Of a stretch of 45,813 nucleotides of DNA, positions 34,673 to 42,672 are shown one piece after another; within the stretch, counting starts at the first letter, position 1, and the number at the start of each line of letters is the position of its first letter. The notes beneath the pieces are model-generated. The model searched no databases, was not told the DNA's origin, and was given only the letters and a program-made list of their open reading frames with translations. Position numbers and translations under genes: made by a program. The stretch is from a virus. Lineage: Duplodnaviria > Caudoviricetes. The DNA is taken from IMG/VR virus record IMGVR_UViG_3300012921_000078, positions 1-45,813 of that record. One strand, given 5' to 3'.

Positions 34673-34896
34673 ACCTTTTGCGCGTGCTTGCGTTGCTGCC
34701 GATCGCTGTCGCGCTCGGCGCCTGCCCGGAGCGCGAGAAGCCCGCGACTGCGATCGAGGGCGAATGCCGCATCTTCGTTGCGCCGACGCAGCCGGTCACC
34801 GGCAAGACACGCGCCGACCAGTTCTGGATCGACACCAACATCGAGCGCGGGGTCGGCGGCTGCGGCTGGGAGCGTCCGCGGAGCGCGAAGAAATGA
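34669..34896 (+). CDS. o-spanin (Rz1-like) lipoprotein candidate
   Basis: Lipobox MNLLRVLALLPIAVALGAC; Pro/Cys-containing mature part. Confidence 0.72.
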   Translation: MNLLRVLALLPIAVALGACPEREKPATAIEGECRIFVAPTQPVTGKTRADQFWIDTNIERGVGGCGWERPRSAKK

Positions 34897-35225
34897 ACGC
34901 GACCCGCACGCCACCCGATTTGAGCGATGTGTTCATGGCGATCGGCGAGCTGAAGGCCGGCGTCTCCGGCATCATTTCGCGGCAGACCGAGGAAATCCAG
35001 AACAGCGCGGCGCACCGGCAGCGCATCTATGGCCGTCTCGAAACGATCGAGAACACGCTGGCGAAGAACACGGGCGACCTCGAGGAAATGACGCCCGTGT
35101 TCAAGCGCGCGCAGGAAGCCGAGCAGGCCCGCAAGGTTTACAAGTGGCAGGCGCGCGCGGTGCTCGTCATGCTTGGCGGCGCGCTCACGGCTGGCTTCTC
35201 CTGGCTTTTGAAACAGATCGGCTAG
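34893..35225 (+). CDS. Coiled-coil protein with C-terminal TM (holin-like lysis gene)
   Basis: IGEL.A.V...RLE.IE..L, C-terminal hydrophobic helix; last gene of lysis cassette. Confidence 0.6.
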   Translation: MNATRTPPDLSDVFMAIGELKAGVSGIISRQTEEIQNSAAHRQRIYGRLETIENTLAKNTGDLEEMTPVFKRAQEAEQARKVYKWQARAVLVMLGGALTAGFSWLLKQIG

Positions 35226-35226
35226 C

Positions 35227-35237
35227 GATGCTCCCCC
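35227..35237 (+). promoter_or_regulatory. Late-promoter-like motif, copy 5 (GATGCTCCCCC), upstream of sRNA
   Basis: 11/12 match, followed 16 bp later by TAGAAC. Confidence 0.65.
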
Positions 35238-35329
35238 GCCTCGCGGCGGCGGCTAGAACGGTCTCGTGCGGTACGCGATGGCGTCGCGTTTCGCCGCCCT
35301 CCTTAAGGGACGAAGCGGGCAAGCCCGCA

Positions 35330-35395
35330 GCGTCTCTGGGCGTTTCCTCCCTAGACTTGGCCGCCGGTGACGACCTCCCCGGCGGCCTCTTTCTT
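35330..35395 (+). ncRNA. MmgR/suhB (alpha-r8) family sRNA; transcript may start near 35265
   Basis: CTGGGCGTTTCCTCCCTAGACTT core followed by GGCCGCCGG/CCGGCGGCC terminator and T-rich tail. Confidence 0.72.
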
Positions 35396-35418
35396 GGTGC
35401 CGCGTATATATATGTGAG

Positions 35419-35455
35419 CGAAGTCTCACGTGAGACTTCTTCCGAAGTCTCACGT
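35419..35455. repeat. Perfect 20-bp palindrome GAAGTCTCACGTGAGACTTC plus direct copy CGAAGTCTCACGT (candidate integrase arm sites)
   Basis: Directly visible, 45-80 bp from the tRNA-Pro 3' end. Confidence 0.75.
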
Positions 35456-35500
35456 TCGCGCTGCGTTCCGTGCGGTGTATCGGGAAAGCCTTGAAAAGAC

Positions 35501-35577
35501 TGGTCGGAGCGAGTGGATTCGAACCACCGACCCCCTGCTCCCGAAGCAGGTGCGCTACCAGGCTGCGCTACGCTCCG
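35501..35577 (-). tRNA. tRNA-Pro(CGG), probable prophage attachment site
   Basis: CGGAGCG acceptor, CCTGC-TTCGGGA-GCAGG anticodon arm, GGTTCGAATCC, encoded CCA. Confidence 0.97.
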
Positions 35578-35730
35578 CCGCCAGTCAGAAAAGCAATGCC
35601 GGAACCCTTAAGCCCCGGCAAGCGGCTGCTTCCTAGCAGCCTCGTCCGGCCCCCACAAGCAGCCTTGGATGCGGCCATTCCGGCGTTGCAGTAGGCCCGA
35701 TCTTGAGTAGATTGCGCCCCTTCCGGCCAT

Positions 35731-35805
35731 TGGGGCGTAGCCAAGCGGTAAGGCAGCGGATTTTGATTCCGCCATTCCCAGGTTCGAATCCTGGCGCCCC
35801 AACCA
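35731..35805 (+). tRNA. tRNA-Gln(TTG)
   Basis: TGGGGCG/CGCCCCA acceptor, GCGGA-TTTTGAT-TCCGC, GGTTCGAATCC, CCA. Confidence 0.97.
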
Positions 35806-35952
35806 ATTCCTCTAAATATTATAGGGACTTGGCGCAGGCCTGTTTTTTCATTCTGACAAAATCCGCCATCTCATTCTGACGGGTTTGCCCGATTGACGCT
35901 GCCGCATTCTGGTGATCGTTACGCGTCGGCGGCCGCTCTCGCTCCCGAATGA

Positions 35953-36064
35953 ACTAAATGGGAAATGCCGAGAGCTATAAGTGTGCGAGCCAACTAGTTA
36001 GAAAACTACAGAAAGCTAATAAGTTGGCGCTTACTCGATAGGAAAGAGCCGAAAGCTATCAAGT
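35953..36064. repeat. Three 13-6-13 dyad repeats at 40-bp period
   Basis: ACTNGWTAGGAAA-N6-AAAGCTAWCAAGT-like units at 35953 (degenerate), 35993, 36033. Confidence 0.85.
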
Positions 36065-36697
36065 TATTTTTTCTACTTTCGAGATCGCCACTTTTCGGCA
36101 AACTAGCTCAAATTCATTTCTGCGAAGAAACGTTGCGAAAATATCGACTCGCTGAACGATGCCTGAGGCGAGAATGCAGGGACGACTTTCGCGGGTTCGA
36201 CGATTAGCAAAAAATAGCGCCTTCTCTCGATCAGTTGTCCATGAGAGCGAGGTAGGCTGAATGGGACGGTCGGAACCGCGCCAGACTGTAGCGGGCATCG
36301 CCAACTCGTTCAGGAAAAGCTTTTCTTCTGCATTCATTGCATCCGTAAGGTCAGGTTCTTCAGAGGTCCAAATACCAAGCCAATCTGCGTGGTTCTGAAA
36401 AATATTCTCCGAGTCGCACCAAACGTCGCCCACCAGTTTCCAAAAGGACGATCCTCTCAAACCGGCGGAGTGGCACCGCTTAAGGATTTTCAGTCTGTAC
36501 GAGCGCGCGTGAAGAAAAACGTATCTTTCCCAGTCTTTTACGTGTCGAGCGGCATCAGCCTCTCTTTTTATTGAAAGATACTCAGAGTTGACGACATCAA
36601 ATTGGGAAGGAACGAGCGGTCGGACCAGAAGAGGGTGATGTACGAGACCTTCCTCTGAATCATAGTAGTCTTCGAGATCGGGATGAAGCGACGCCAT
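36059..36697 (-). CDS. ADP-ribosyltransferase-like protein (R-S-E type)
   Basis: VWRG, LSWTTD and NEFELV motifs in canonical order in the C-terminal ~80 aa. Confidence 0.68.
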   Translation of the reverse strand: MASLHPDLEDYYDSEEGLVHHPLLVRPLVPSQFDVVNSEYLSIKREADAARHVKDWERYVFLHARSYRLKILKRCHSAGLRGSSFWKLVGDVWCDSENIFQNHADWLGIWTSEEPDLTDAMNAEEKLFLNELAMPATVWRGSDRPIQPTSLSWTTDREKALFFANRRTRESRPCILASGIVQRVDIFATFLRRNEFELVCRKVAISKVEKIT

Positions 36698-36737
36698 TGC
36701 GTTATCTAGGGTTCTCGAGAAGGCACATACTGAAACT

Positions 36738-36807
36738 ACTGGATAGGAAATAGCAAAAAGCTATCAAGTTGGAGCTCTTGTTAGGAAAGACAACAAAGCT
36801 AACAAGT
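36738..36807. repeat. Two further 13-6-13 dyad repeats
   Basis: ACTGGATAGGAAA-TAGCAA-AAAGCTATCAAGT (36738) and TCTTGTTAGGAAA-GACAAC-AAAGCTAACAAGT (36776). Confidence 0.88.
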
Positions 36808-36840
36808 GCCGTTGTGCTCATTGAGAAGTATATGAGGTGA

Positions 36841-37746
36841 CTAGTGTTGTGAGCGCCAGGTCACTATCGGAAACCTGAACCTTTTCCAACAGAGTTTGGC
36901 TAGCTCAATCGACGTGGCAGTCTTTAGTTCAAATAGTGTTTCAAGGTCCGAGGAGTATGCAGCCCCGAAAATTGAATTTGAACGCAAATGTCCTTTATCC
37001 TCAGTGCACAAGAAATCGTAGCCGTATGAATGATGCGCACAAGCCATGTCAAAATCTGCCCAATCCGCTAGGCGATGGCGAACTATCGCTTGAAAAGCCT
37101 CGACAGACGGGTGTCGGAGAGGATTGTTTTCTTCCGCCGCTATTCCTTCTCTCCATAACAAGCGATCAATCGAGACCTTGTTTAGGGCCGCAGACTGCCG
37201 CATGCCTTGGTTCATGGCTGCAAGTCCATGGGCGATCGAAAGACTTTCGCCGAGGTCCTTTAGTTTGTTGAGTGGGAAATCTTGAAAGTGTCGAAGAAAT
37301 TTACTGAACCTCCGTTGTCGCTCTGCAATATCGAAAACGTCATCAATAGCCCATTGATTGGCTTGAATACCAACGATCTCTCCATAGACAATACGTGCGC
37401 CATGCAAAGCCTTGAAACCGAGCGCGAATGCTTTTTGAATTAGCTGACGTCGTCCCTCAGGGATTACGGGAGGTGTGGCAGCTTTCGAGGTGCCAAGCGT
37501 TAAAAGAAAGCTGATTCGACTCACGTTTGGGAGAACTTCAGCTGCAAAGGCTGCCTCAGAGATAGCGGCCTTTATCCGTCCGCGCCGTATGCACCATTGA
37601 ATATAGCACCAGGCGACTCTACGCTTCTTAGACAGAATGCGGTCGCGATTAATTGGCCACCAGCCACGGGAAAATAGTCTTGCAGGTTTTGGGCTGGCAA
37701 TTGAGCTATACGTATTGGTATCAAATGAAACGCGGATCGCACTCAT
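36841..37746 (-). CDS. PIN-like domain protein (putative RNase)
   Basis: VSFDTNT at N-terminus; ADFDMACAH...DFLCTEDK at C-terminus. Confidence 0.62.
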   Translation of the reverse strand: MSAIRVSFDTNTYSSIASPKPARLFSRGWWPINRDRILSKKRRVAWCYIQWCIRRGRIKAAISEAAFAAEVLPNVSRISFLLTLGTSKAATPPVIPEGRRQLIQKAFALGFKALHGARIVYGEIVGIQANQWAIDDVFDIAERQRRFSKFLRHFQDFPLNKLKDLGESLSIAHGLAAMNQGMRQSAALNKVSIDRLLWREGIAAEENNPLRHPSVEAFQAIVRHRLADWADFDMACAHHSYGYDFLCTEDKGHLRSNSIFGAAYSSDLETLFELKTATSIELAKLCWKRFRFPIVTWRSQH

Positions 37747-37785
37747 ATCTGACGAATAGTCCTTCGAAATAATTGGTGGGTTAAA

Positions 37786-38136
37786 ATGATTTCAAGGCTC
37801 GCAGTCTTCATATTATCAAGCAGTATTGCAGCATGCGCTTCGCCTTCCCAAGAGCAGTTGGTTAGTAGTGATTACAAGGTCCTGATTGCAACAGTTATGG
37901 GCCACACGAAAGATCAACGGGGGCCCCGTAAGATTTCGATCGCACAGCCATGGTCAGCACTTACAGGCGCCATTCTCGTTTGCGTAATTGATCACACGCC
38001 CGATGGACGAGGCGGGTTTAACGATAAAGGGCAGTACTCGCTCTTCACAATCAACGACGGGAGAATTACTCACCGTGGAACAGCCCGTGACGAAACTGCC
38101 CCTTGCGATCTGCCACGGCAATCAGCGGCGGCATAG
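37786..38136 (+). CDS. Small lipoprotein
   Basis: Lipobox-like SSSIAAC; 116 aa. Confidence 0.55.
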   Translation: MISRLAVFILSSSIAACASPSQEQLVSSDYKVLIATVMGHTKDQRGPRKISIAQPWSALTGAILVCVIDHTPDGRGGFNDKGQYSLFTINDGRITHRGTARDETAPCDLPRQSAAA

Positions 38137-40142
38137 CTGCGTTTGCCGTCGAAGAAGGAGTCGAGCAACTGGTCAGCATTGAAGCTATTCGTGGAGGGTG
38201 CGGGGCCTGCGGTCCCATTCGGCTGCAGGCCTGCTGCTTCCAATGTCAGGCAATATGCGACGTTCAGGTCGAAAATGGCACTGCGCTTGGCAGCCGGTGG
38301 CGTGAACGGCGAGAATAGCGGCGACGCAACGAGCCGGGCAGATAGAGGCAGTGTGCTCTCGATCTCTTCCGGCGACAGCGGACTACGAAGCGGAATGCTG
38401 CTTCGTATAAGATCGGGATCGACTTTCACCGGGCCCGAGGGGCCGACGTCTGGAACGGGCGGAAGCCGGAAGGAAATTCCCCCCATCGCGCTGATCGCCA
38501 CCGCCGCGGCTCCGGCCGCGGGTGGAATGGGCGACCACGCGATATACATCGTGCCGGGTACGCTCTGCGGAACACTCCACGTCTGCCGCAAAGCAACAGG
38601 CAAAGCGAAGTTTGGCGCGCGCGCTTTGAGCCATTGCGCGGCATAGGCGAGTTTCGCGACTTCCCGGACCTCGTGCAGCGCTGGGAATTCTTCCGAAAGT
38701 GAATTGTACAGTCGAGTGAGCAATTCCTCGTAGCCACCTGGTCTAGGAGGCAAGTCCCGGCCGTCTTTGCCTTTCTCACGAATGTTGAAACGCATTGCGA
38801 CATCGTCCAACGCCAGGACGCTGCCGTCCGGGGATTGGCGAGCGTTTACGCGATCCACGGAAATCCATAGGTGATAGGTGGCCGTCGCGCTGGACAATCT
38901 GCCTGTGTTTGGATGACTTCGCTGAAACGCAAACTCGGCCTGATAGCCTTTAATGCGGTTCGTCAGTTCCGGCATGTTGATTAGCCGCTTTGCCAGAAAG
39001 TCAGCTTCAAACATGACTTTCCCCAATAACGTGCGGCCATCGACATTGTAATATTTGGGTTCGGCCATCACGGTGCCGCGAAGCGATGGGCTCACGAGTT
39101 CGAGCGGCACATGGACTTCGCCCTTCGGCCTGAGCTTTTCGAAGGCTTTGCTGAGAACGCCAAACATCTGCCGGTCCATTTCGCCAAAGCAGAGCGTCAA
39201 AGCGTTCTCGGGATTTCGGTCACGCTGAAGCGAAGCTTCAAAAACTCGACTAACCGGCATGCTCGCAAGCGAAAAGGTGTCGTCAAGCGAGCGGCAGATT
39301 TCCCGATTCAGTTGCGTATAGGCTTGCTCGCGGGTGATGCGCCTTGCGACCATCTGGTCGCGCAAACGATAAGCCAGTTCGATCGTGTTCGTTGCAAAAT
39401 AAATGCTTTCGATCGCCTCCTGACGGGATTGCCCCGGTGTCGATCGCGCGAGCATTCCCATGGCATCGACGAGCTGATGGCCGCGAAAGTCGTCTGCTGC
39501 GAGCAATATCTTCGCGATGATCTGATACCGATCCATCGCATCCCAGTTGTATTTGCAGGCACCAGGTCCGCTAAATTCCACTTCCATTAAATCTGCAAGG
39601 CGGTTAGCGGCCGTTCCACCCTGCTTTCGAAGCGCCTCGATTTTCTTGCAGATGTGGCTCTCGTCGAATTGCGGCTTCACACCAAAGATTGGAAGGAAGT
39701 AGCGACCTGCCGGAGTGATCTTTCCGCGTTCATCGAGCCAGCGGCCCCACTCGGAGACAATCTTCTTCATCTCCGCATCAGAATCCATCCGTCGGAACAG
39801 TTCCGCGACGCGCCTTTCCGACTCGGCGACCCACTCCAACGAAAACTCGGGCGCAGGATATTGCAGGAGCGTCGCGAGATGTTGGTAATAGGGGATCGCT
39901 ATCGCGGGGTAAGTCGGATCGAAGTGACCCATGAGTATCAGGCGGCCCTTCGCGGCGTCGTACTCGATCCGGTCGAGCACATTGAAAGCAATCTGCTGCT
40001 CGGCAGCAGTCAGGCGCTGAACGTCTGGCTGCCGTTTGTTGAGGTCAGATTGTGCGTCGACCGGAGCAGCCGCAAACGACAAGTATCCAACTATGGACGC
40101 AACGAGCGTAACGCCCGTAATTCTGCGGTAGCCGTTTCGCAT
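38070..40142 (-). CDS. Large secreted protein, DUF1598-like motif
   Basis: Signal peptide; TLLGKVMFEADFLAKRL; 690 aa. Confidence 0.7.
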   Translation of the reverse strand: MRNGYRRITGVTLVASIVGYLSFAAAPVDAQSDLNKRQPDVQRLTAAEQQIAFNVLDRIEYDAAKGRLILMGHFDPTYPAIAIPYYQHLATLLQYPAPEFSLEWVAESERRVAELFRRMDSDAEMKKIVSEWGRWLDERGKITPAGRYFLPIFGVKPQFDESHICKKIEALRKQGGTAANRLADLMEVEFSGPGACKYNWDAMDRYQIIAKILLAADDFRGHQLVDAMGMLARSTPGQSRQEAIESIYFATNTIELAYRLRDQMVARRITREQAYTQLNREICRSLDDTFSLASMPVSRVFEASLQRDRNPENALTLCFGEMDRQMFGVLSKAFEKLRPKGEVHVPLELVSPSLRGTVMAEPKYYNVDGRTLLGKVMFEADFLAKRLINMPELTNRIKGYQAEFAFQRSHPNTGRLSSATATYHLWISVDRVNARQSPDGSVLALDDVAMRFNIREKGKDGRDLPPRPGGYEELLTRLYNSLSEEFPALHEVREVAKLAYAAQWLKARAPNFALPVALRQTWSVPQSVPGTMYIAWSPIPPAAGAAAVAISAMGGISFRLPPVPDVGPSGPVKVDPDLIRSSIPLRSPLSPEEIESTLPLSARLVASPLFSPFTPPAAKRSAIFDLNVAYCLTLEAAGLQPNGTAGPAPSTNSFNADQLLDSFFDGKRSYAAADCRGRSQGAVSSRAVPR

Positions 40143-40882
40143 GTGTCTAAGTTATTCGACACTCTCGGAACCTCATTGACCCAAGTCAAAGCCATCCGAT
40201 GTAACAGATTCTTCTAACAATGAGCACCCGCTGGAAGTGTGAATGGCGGTTCTGGCGGCCGCATTCCGACAAGGTGAAATCTAGCCTTATCTACCAATGC
40301 TGCGGGAAGGACAGTTTTGGCGGAATGGCTATTGAAGTCGTTGGCTTTTCAAACAACGTCTAAGCTGTTGGTCGCAGGTTTGTTTCCTATCTGGGTCACC
40401 AATATTTGGAATGACTTAGCGCTGTAACCCACTCGGACAAGCTACTCGAGCAGGCCTGATGGCCGCCTCTGTCTAACTAGCTTTCTCTACAAAGGCGAAA
40501 ATCGCAGCTCTGGACGAATGGCGTCACTGTAGGGTTGTATTCTGTGCTCGATAGCGTGTTTATTTGGGTGATCGTAAGCATTTGCTCAAGGCAATAGATG
40601 GTGTTGAGACAGTGTGAACGTGCAAAGAGCCTTTAATGGAGGTGTTCAGCGCTGTTGGTACCGGCATCAATGTTCAACTATCGTCTTCGGCGCAGCGCGA
40701 GCGATACGTAATTGGGTAGAATTGAACATGACTACGCGGGGGTGCGACGTTGCCGCAGAGTATTCAGACTGAATTGCGTTTGCTTCTTCACAGAGAAATT
40801 ATCGGCGTGAGCAAATGCGAGCTAGTCAAATTTGAACTGCCGTAGCGATCGCTTCCCGTGACGAGCGCAGGGGAGTAAGACT

Positions 40883-42499
40883 TTGAGTCTTATAGTTTCG
40901 CCAGCTGCTTACACCGCATCCGTCGATGCGCTTGAAAGCCGTTTGCGGCGCATTTATCCACTCATGCTTTTCCTTAAGGTCATGATGTTGTTTGTGGTTG
41001 CGGTGGTCCCGTTCTGGATCGTTGGCGCCAACTTGCTTCCACAGTCTGCGCTACTGGACTACGGCGGTATGCGTGGCACAGAACAAGCGCCTGCAGAAGT
41101 GCCAATCGCAGATAAGATCGCGTGGAGCGGAGATCCTGCAGCATATATCGGCCTGGCTATTGCCGTAGTAATCATCGCAAGTGTCATTTGGCTAGTGTGC
41201 TTCTTCGCGAGCAAACTGATCGCTAATCTGAGCCGAGCCATCGGAGTGTTTGGGCTGGTGATCGCCGCGTACTGGCTCGTCACAATCGCCGAGAACTATC
41301 CAGAGACAGAAATTTACCTGCTTCAAGCGATGGAAGATGTTCCCGCGACTGTGATGATCATCATATTTTCCATGATGACGCTCGCATTTCTCTATGCCCT
41401 TCACGTCCAGTGGACACTGGTGCTGGGGGCACTCAATATATTCCGGATGAGTGAAGAGGAGCGTGCCGTTTTTAAAGAACAGGCTTTGCTGCTTGGAAGG
41501 GCGCAACAGATACTCTTTCGCCTGCTGGCCCTTCCCGTTCTGGCTCCCTTTGCAGGCCGCTCTCGCATGCGGTTCATTGCTATTATTCTCCTGGCGGTTG
41601 TCTCCAACATCATTTTTTTCTGGGCAGCGCTCGGACTCGGGTCGTCACCGCGGGACCTAGCGTTCCTAGTCGGAAACGTCTCCGTTAGTTGCTCCGTACT
41701 GGGGCGCGCGGACTGGGTCGATGCGATCCCTTTACTGGCATCCATTCCTGCCCTGGCATGTTTCGCTGGCCAGATCAGCCACTTGCCGCGTTTGTTACAG
41801 TTGGCGGCGCAAACTCAAGTCATCGCAATTCTCGCACTGCCGCTAGCGTGGCTGGCGCAGCGCCTAGTTCGTCGCCTCGTTCGATTTTCGCTTGCGCGTT
41901 TGCAGGAGGTCGACCGCAGGCCACCAGTTCTGTTTCTTCGTGCCTTTGCCGACGATCAAGTCGGGCTCCCGAGAGGCCGGCTCGCGCTGGTCGCTCGCAT
42001 TCTCGAACTAGGCCGGGGCCGTCCGACACTCGATCAAATGCTGCTGGAAGAGGGCACGCCATATGGTCCTGTCGTTGCGCTCGGAAATCCTGCCGATAGG
42101 AATCCGCCCTACGGCGCGGCGCGGGGCTATTTCGAAGACAAGAACTGGCAGGAGGCCGTAGCCGATCTTGCCGCAAACTCGAAATTCGTTGTGATCTGTC
42201 TCGACCAAACCGAAGGAATATTCTGGGAGATCGAGCATCTCATCGGCAACCGGCATCTCGACAAGACGCTTTTTCTGGTTCATCCGAAGTTCGCATCGCG
42301 TGATGCCAATCGAAATTATCTAGCCGGACTGAGCGAACTAAAAATTCCCGTCCATGAACTTGACCCGGTAATCGGCTTTTTCTTCAAAAAGGACGGCGCG
42401 ATCCGCGTTATGCAATCTGGAACGTTCTCGCGCTTCGCCTATATGATTGCGATACGCACTTTCATTCAGCATATGGGATCAGAGCCCACCAAGCCGTGA
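40883..42499 (+). CDS. Polytopic membrane protein with C-terminal TIR/Rossmann-like domain
   Basis: Several TM segments, then PVLFLRAFADD...GPVVALG.P...GAAR.Y....WQ..V...T.G..WEI. Confidence 0.75.
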   Translation: MSLIVSPAAYTASVDALESRLRRIYPLMLFLKVMMLFVVAVVPFWIVGANLLPQSALLDYGGMRGTEQAPAEVPIADKIAWSGDPAAYIGLAIAVVIIASVIWLVCFFASKLIANLSRAIGVFGLVIAAYWLVTIAENYPETEIYLLQAMEDVPATVMIIIFSMMTLAFLYALHVQWTLVLGALNIFRMSEEERAVFKEQALLLGRAQQILFRLLALPVLAPFAGRSRMRFIAIILLAVVSNIIFFWAALGLGSSPRDLAFLVGNVSVSCSVLGRADWVDAIPLLASIPALACFAGQISHLPRLLQLAAQTQVIAILALPLAWLAQRLVRRLVRFSLARLQEVDRRPPVLFLRAFADDQVGLPRGRLALVARILELGRGRPTLDQMLLEEGTPYGPVVALGNPADRNPPYGAARGYFEDKNWQEAVADLAANSKFVVICLDQTEGIFWEIEHLIGNRHLDKTLFLVHPKFASRDANRNYLAGLSELKIPVHELDPVIGFFFKKDGAIRVMQSGTFSRFAYMIAIRTFIQHMGSEPTKP

Positions 42500-42672
42500 T
42501 TTTTACGGCGGGCGTGTGCCGGACTGCAGGGCTGAAGAAGGGCGCACCGTAATGCTTGTCCAGAAACCCGCAGTAGTTAGTAGTATTTAACGACTCTAGG
42601 AGCGGAATTTACAATTAAGGGAAGCATGTATTGTGCCGCTCTGGTTACGTTACCAAACGCAACATTGTTGTT

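Larger units (their letters stand above)
1..35500. mobile_element. Temperate prophage with podovirus (T7/BPP-1-like) virion module, bounded on the right by the tRNA-Pro 3' end; left att outside window
   Basis: Complete modular order int - early - cI/cro - replication - terminase - portal - capsid - tail - lysis, with many ATGA/TGATG overlaps, ending ~275 bp from the CCA end of tRNA-Pro. Confidence 0.95.

Noticed and set aside
35430-35802. Small ORFs at 35430-35802
   Set aside because: They are translations across the two tRNA genes
35953-36807. Dyad repeats as CRISPR or classical attC sites
   Set aside because: Variable parts are only 6-8 bp, no cas genes are present, and there are no RYYYAAC/GTTRRRY ends or integron integrase in the window
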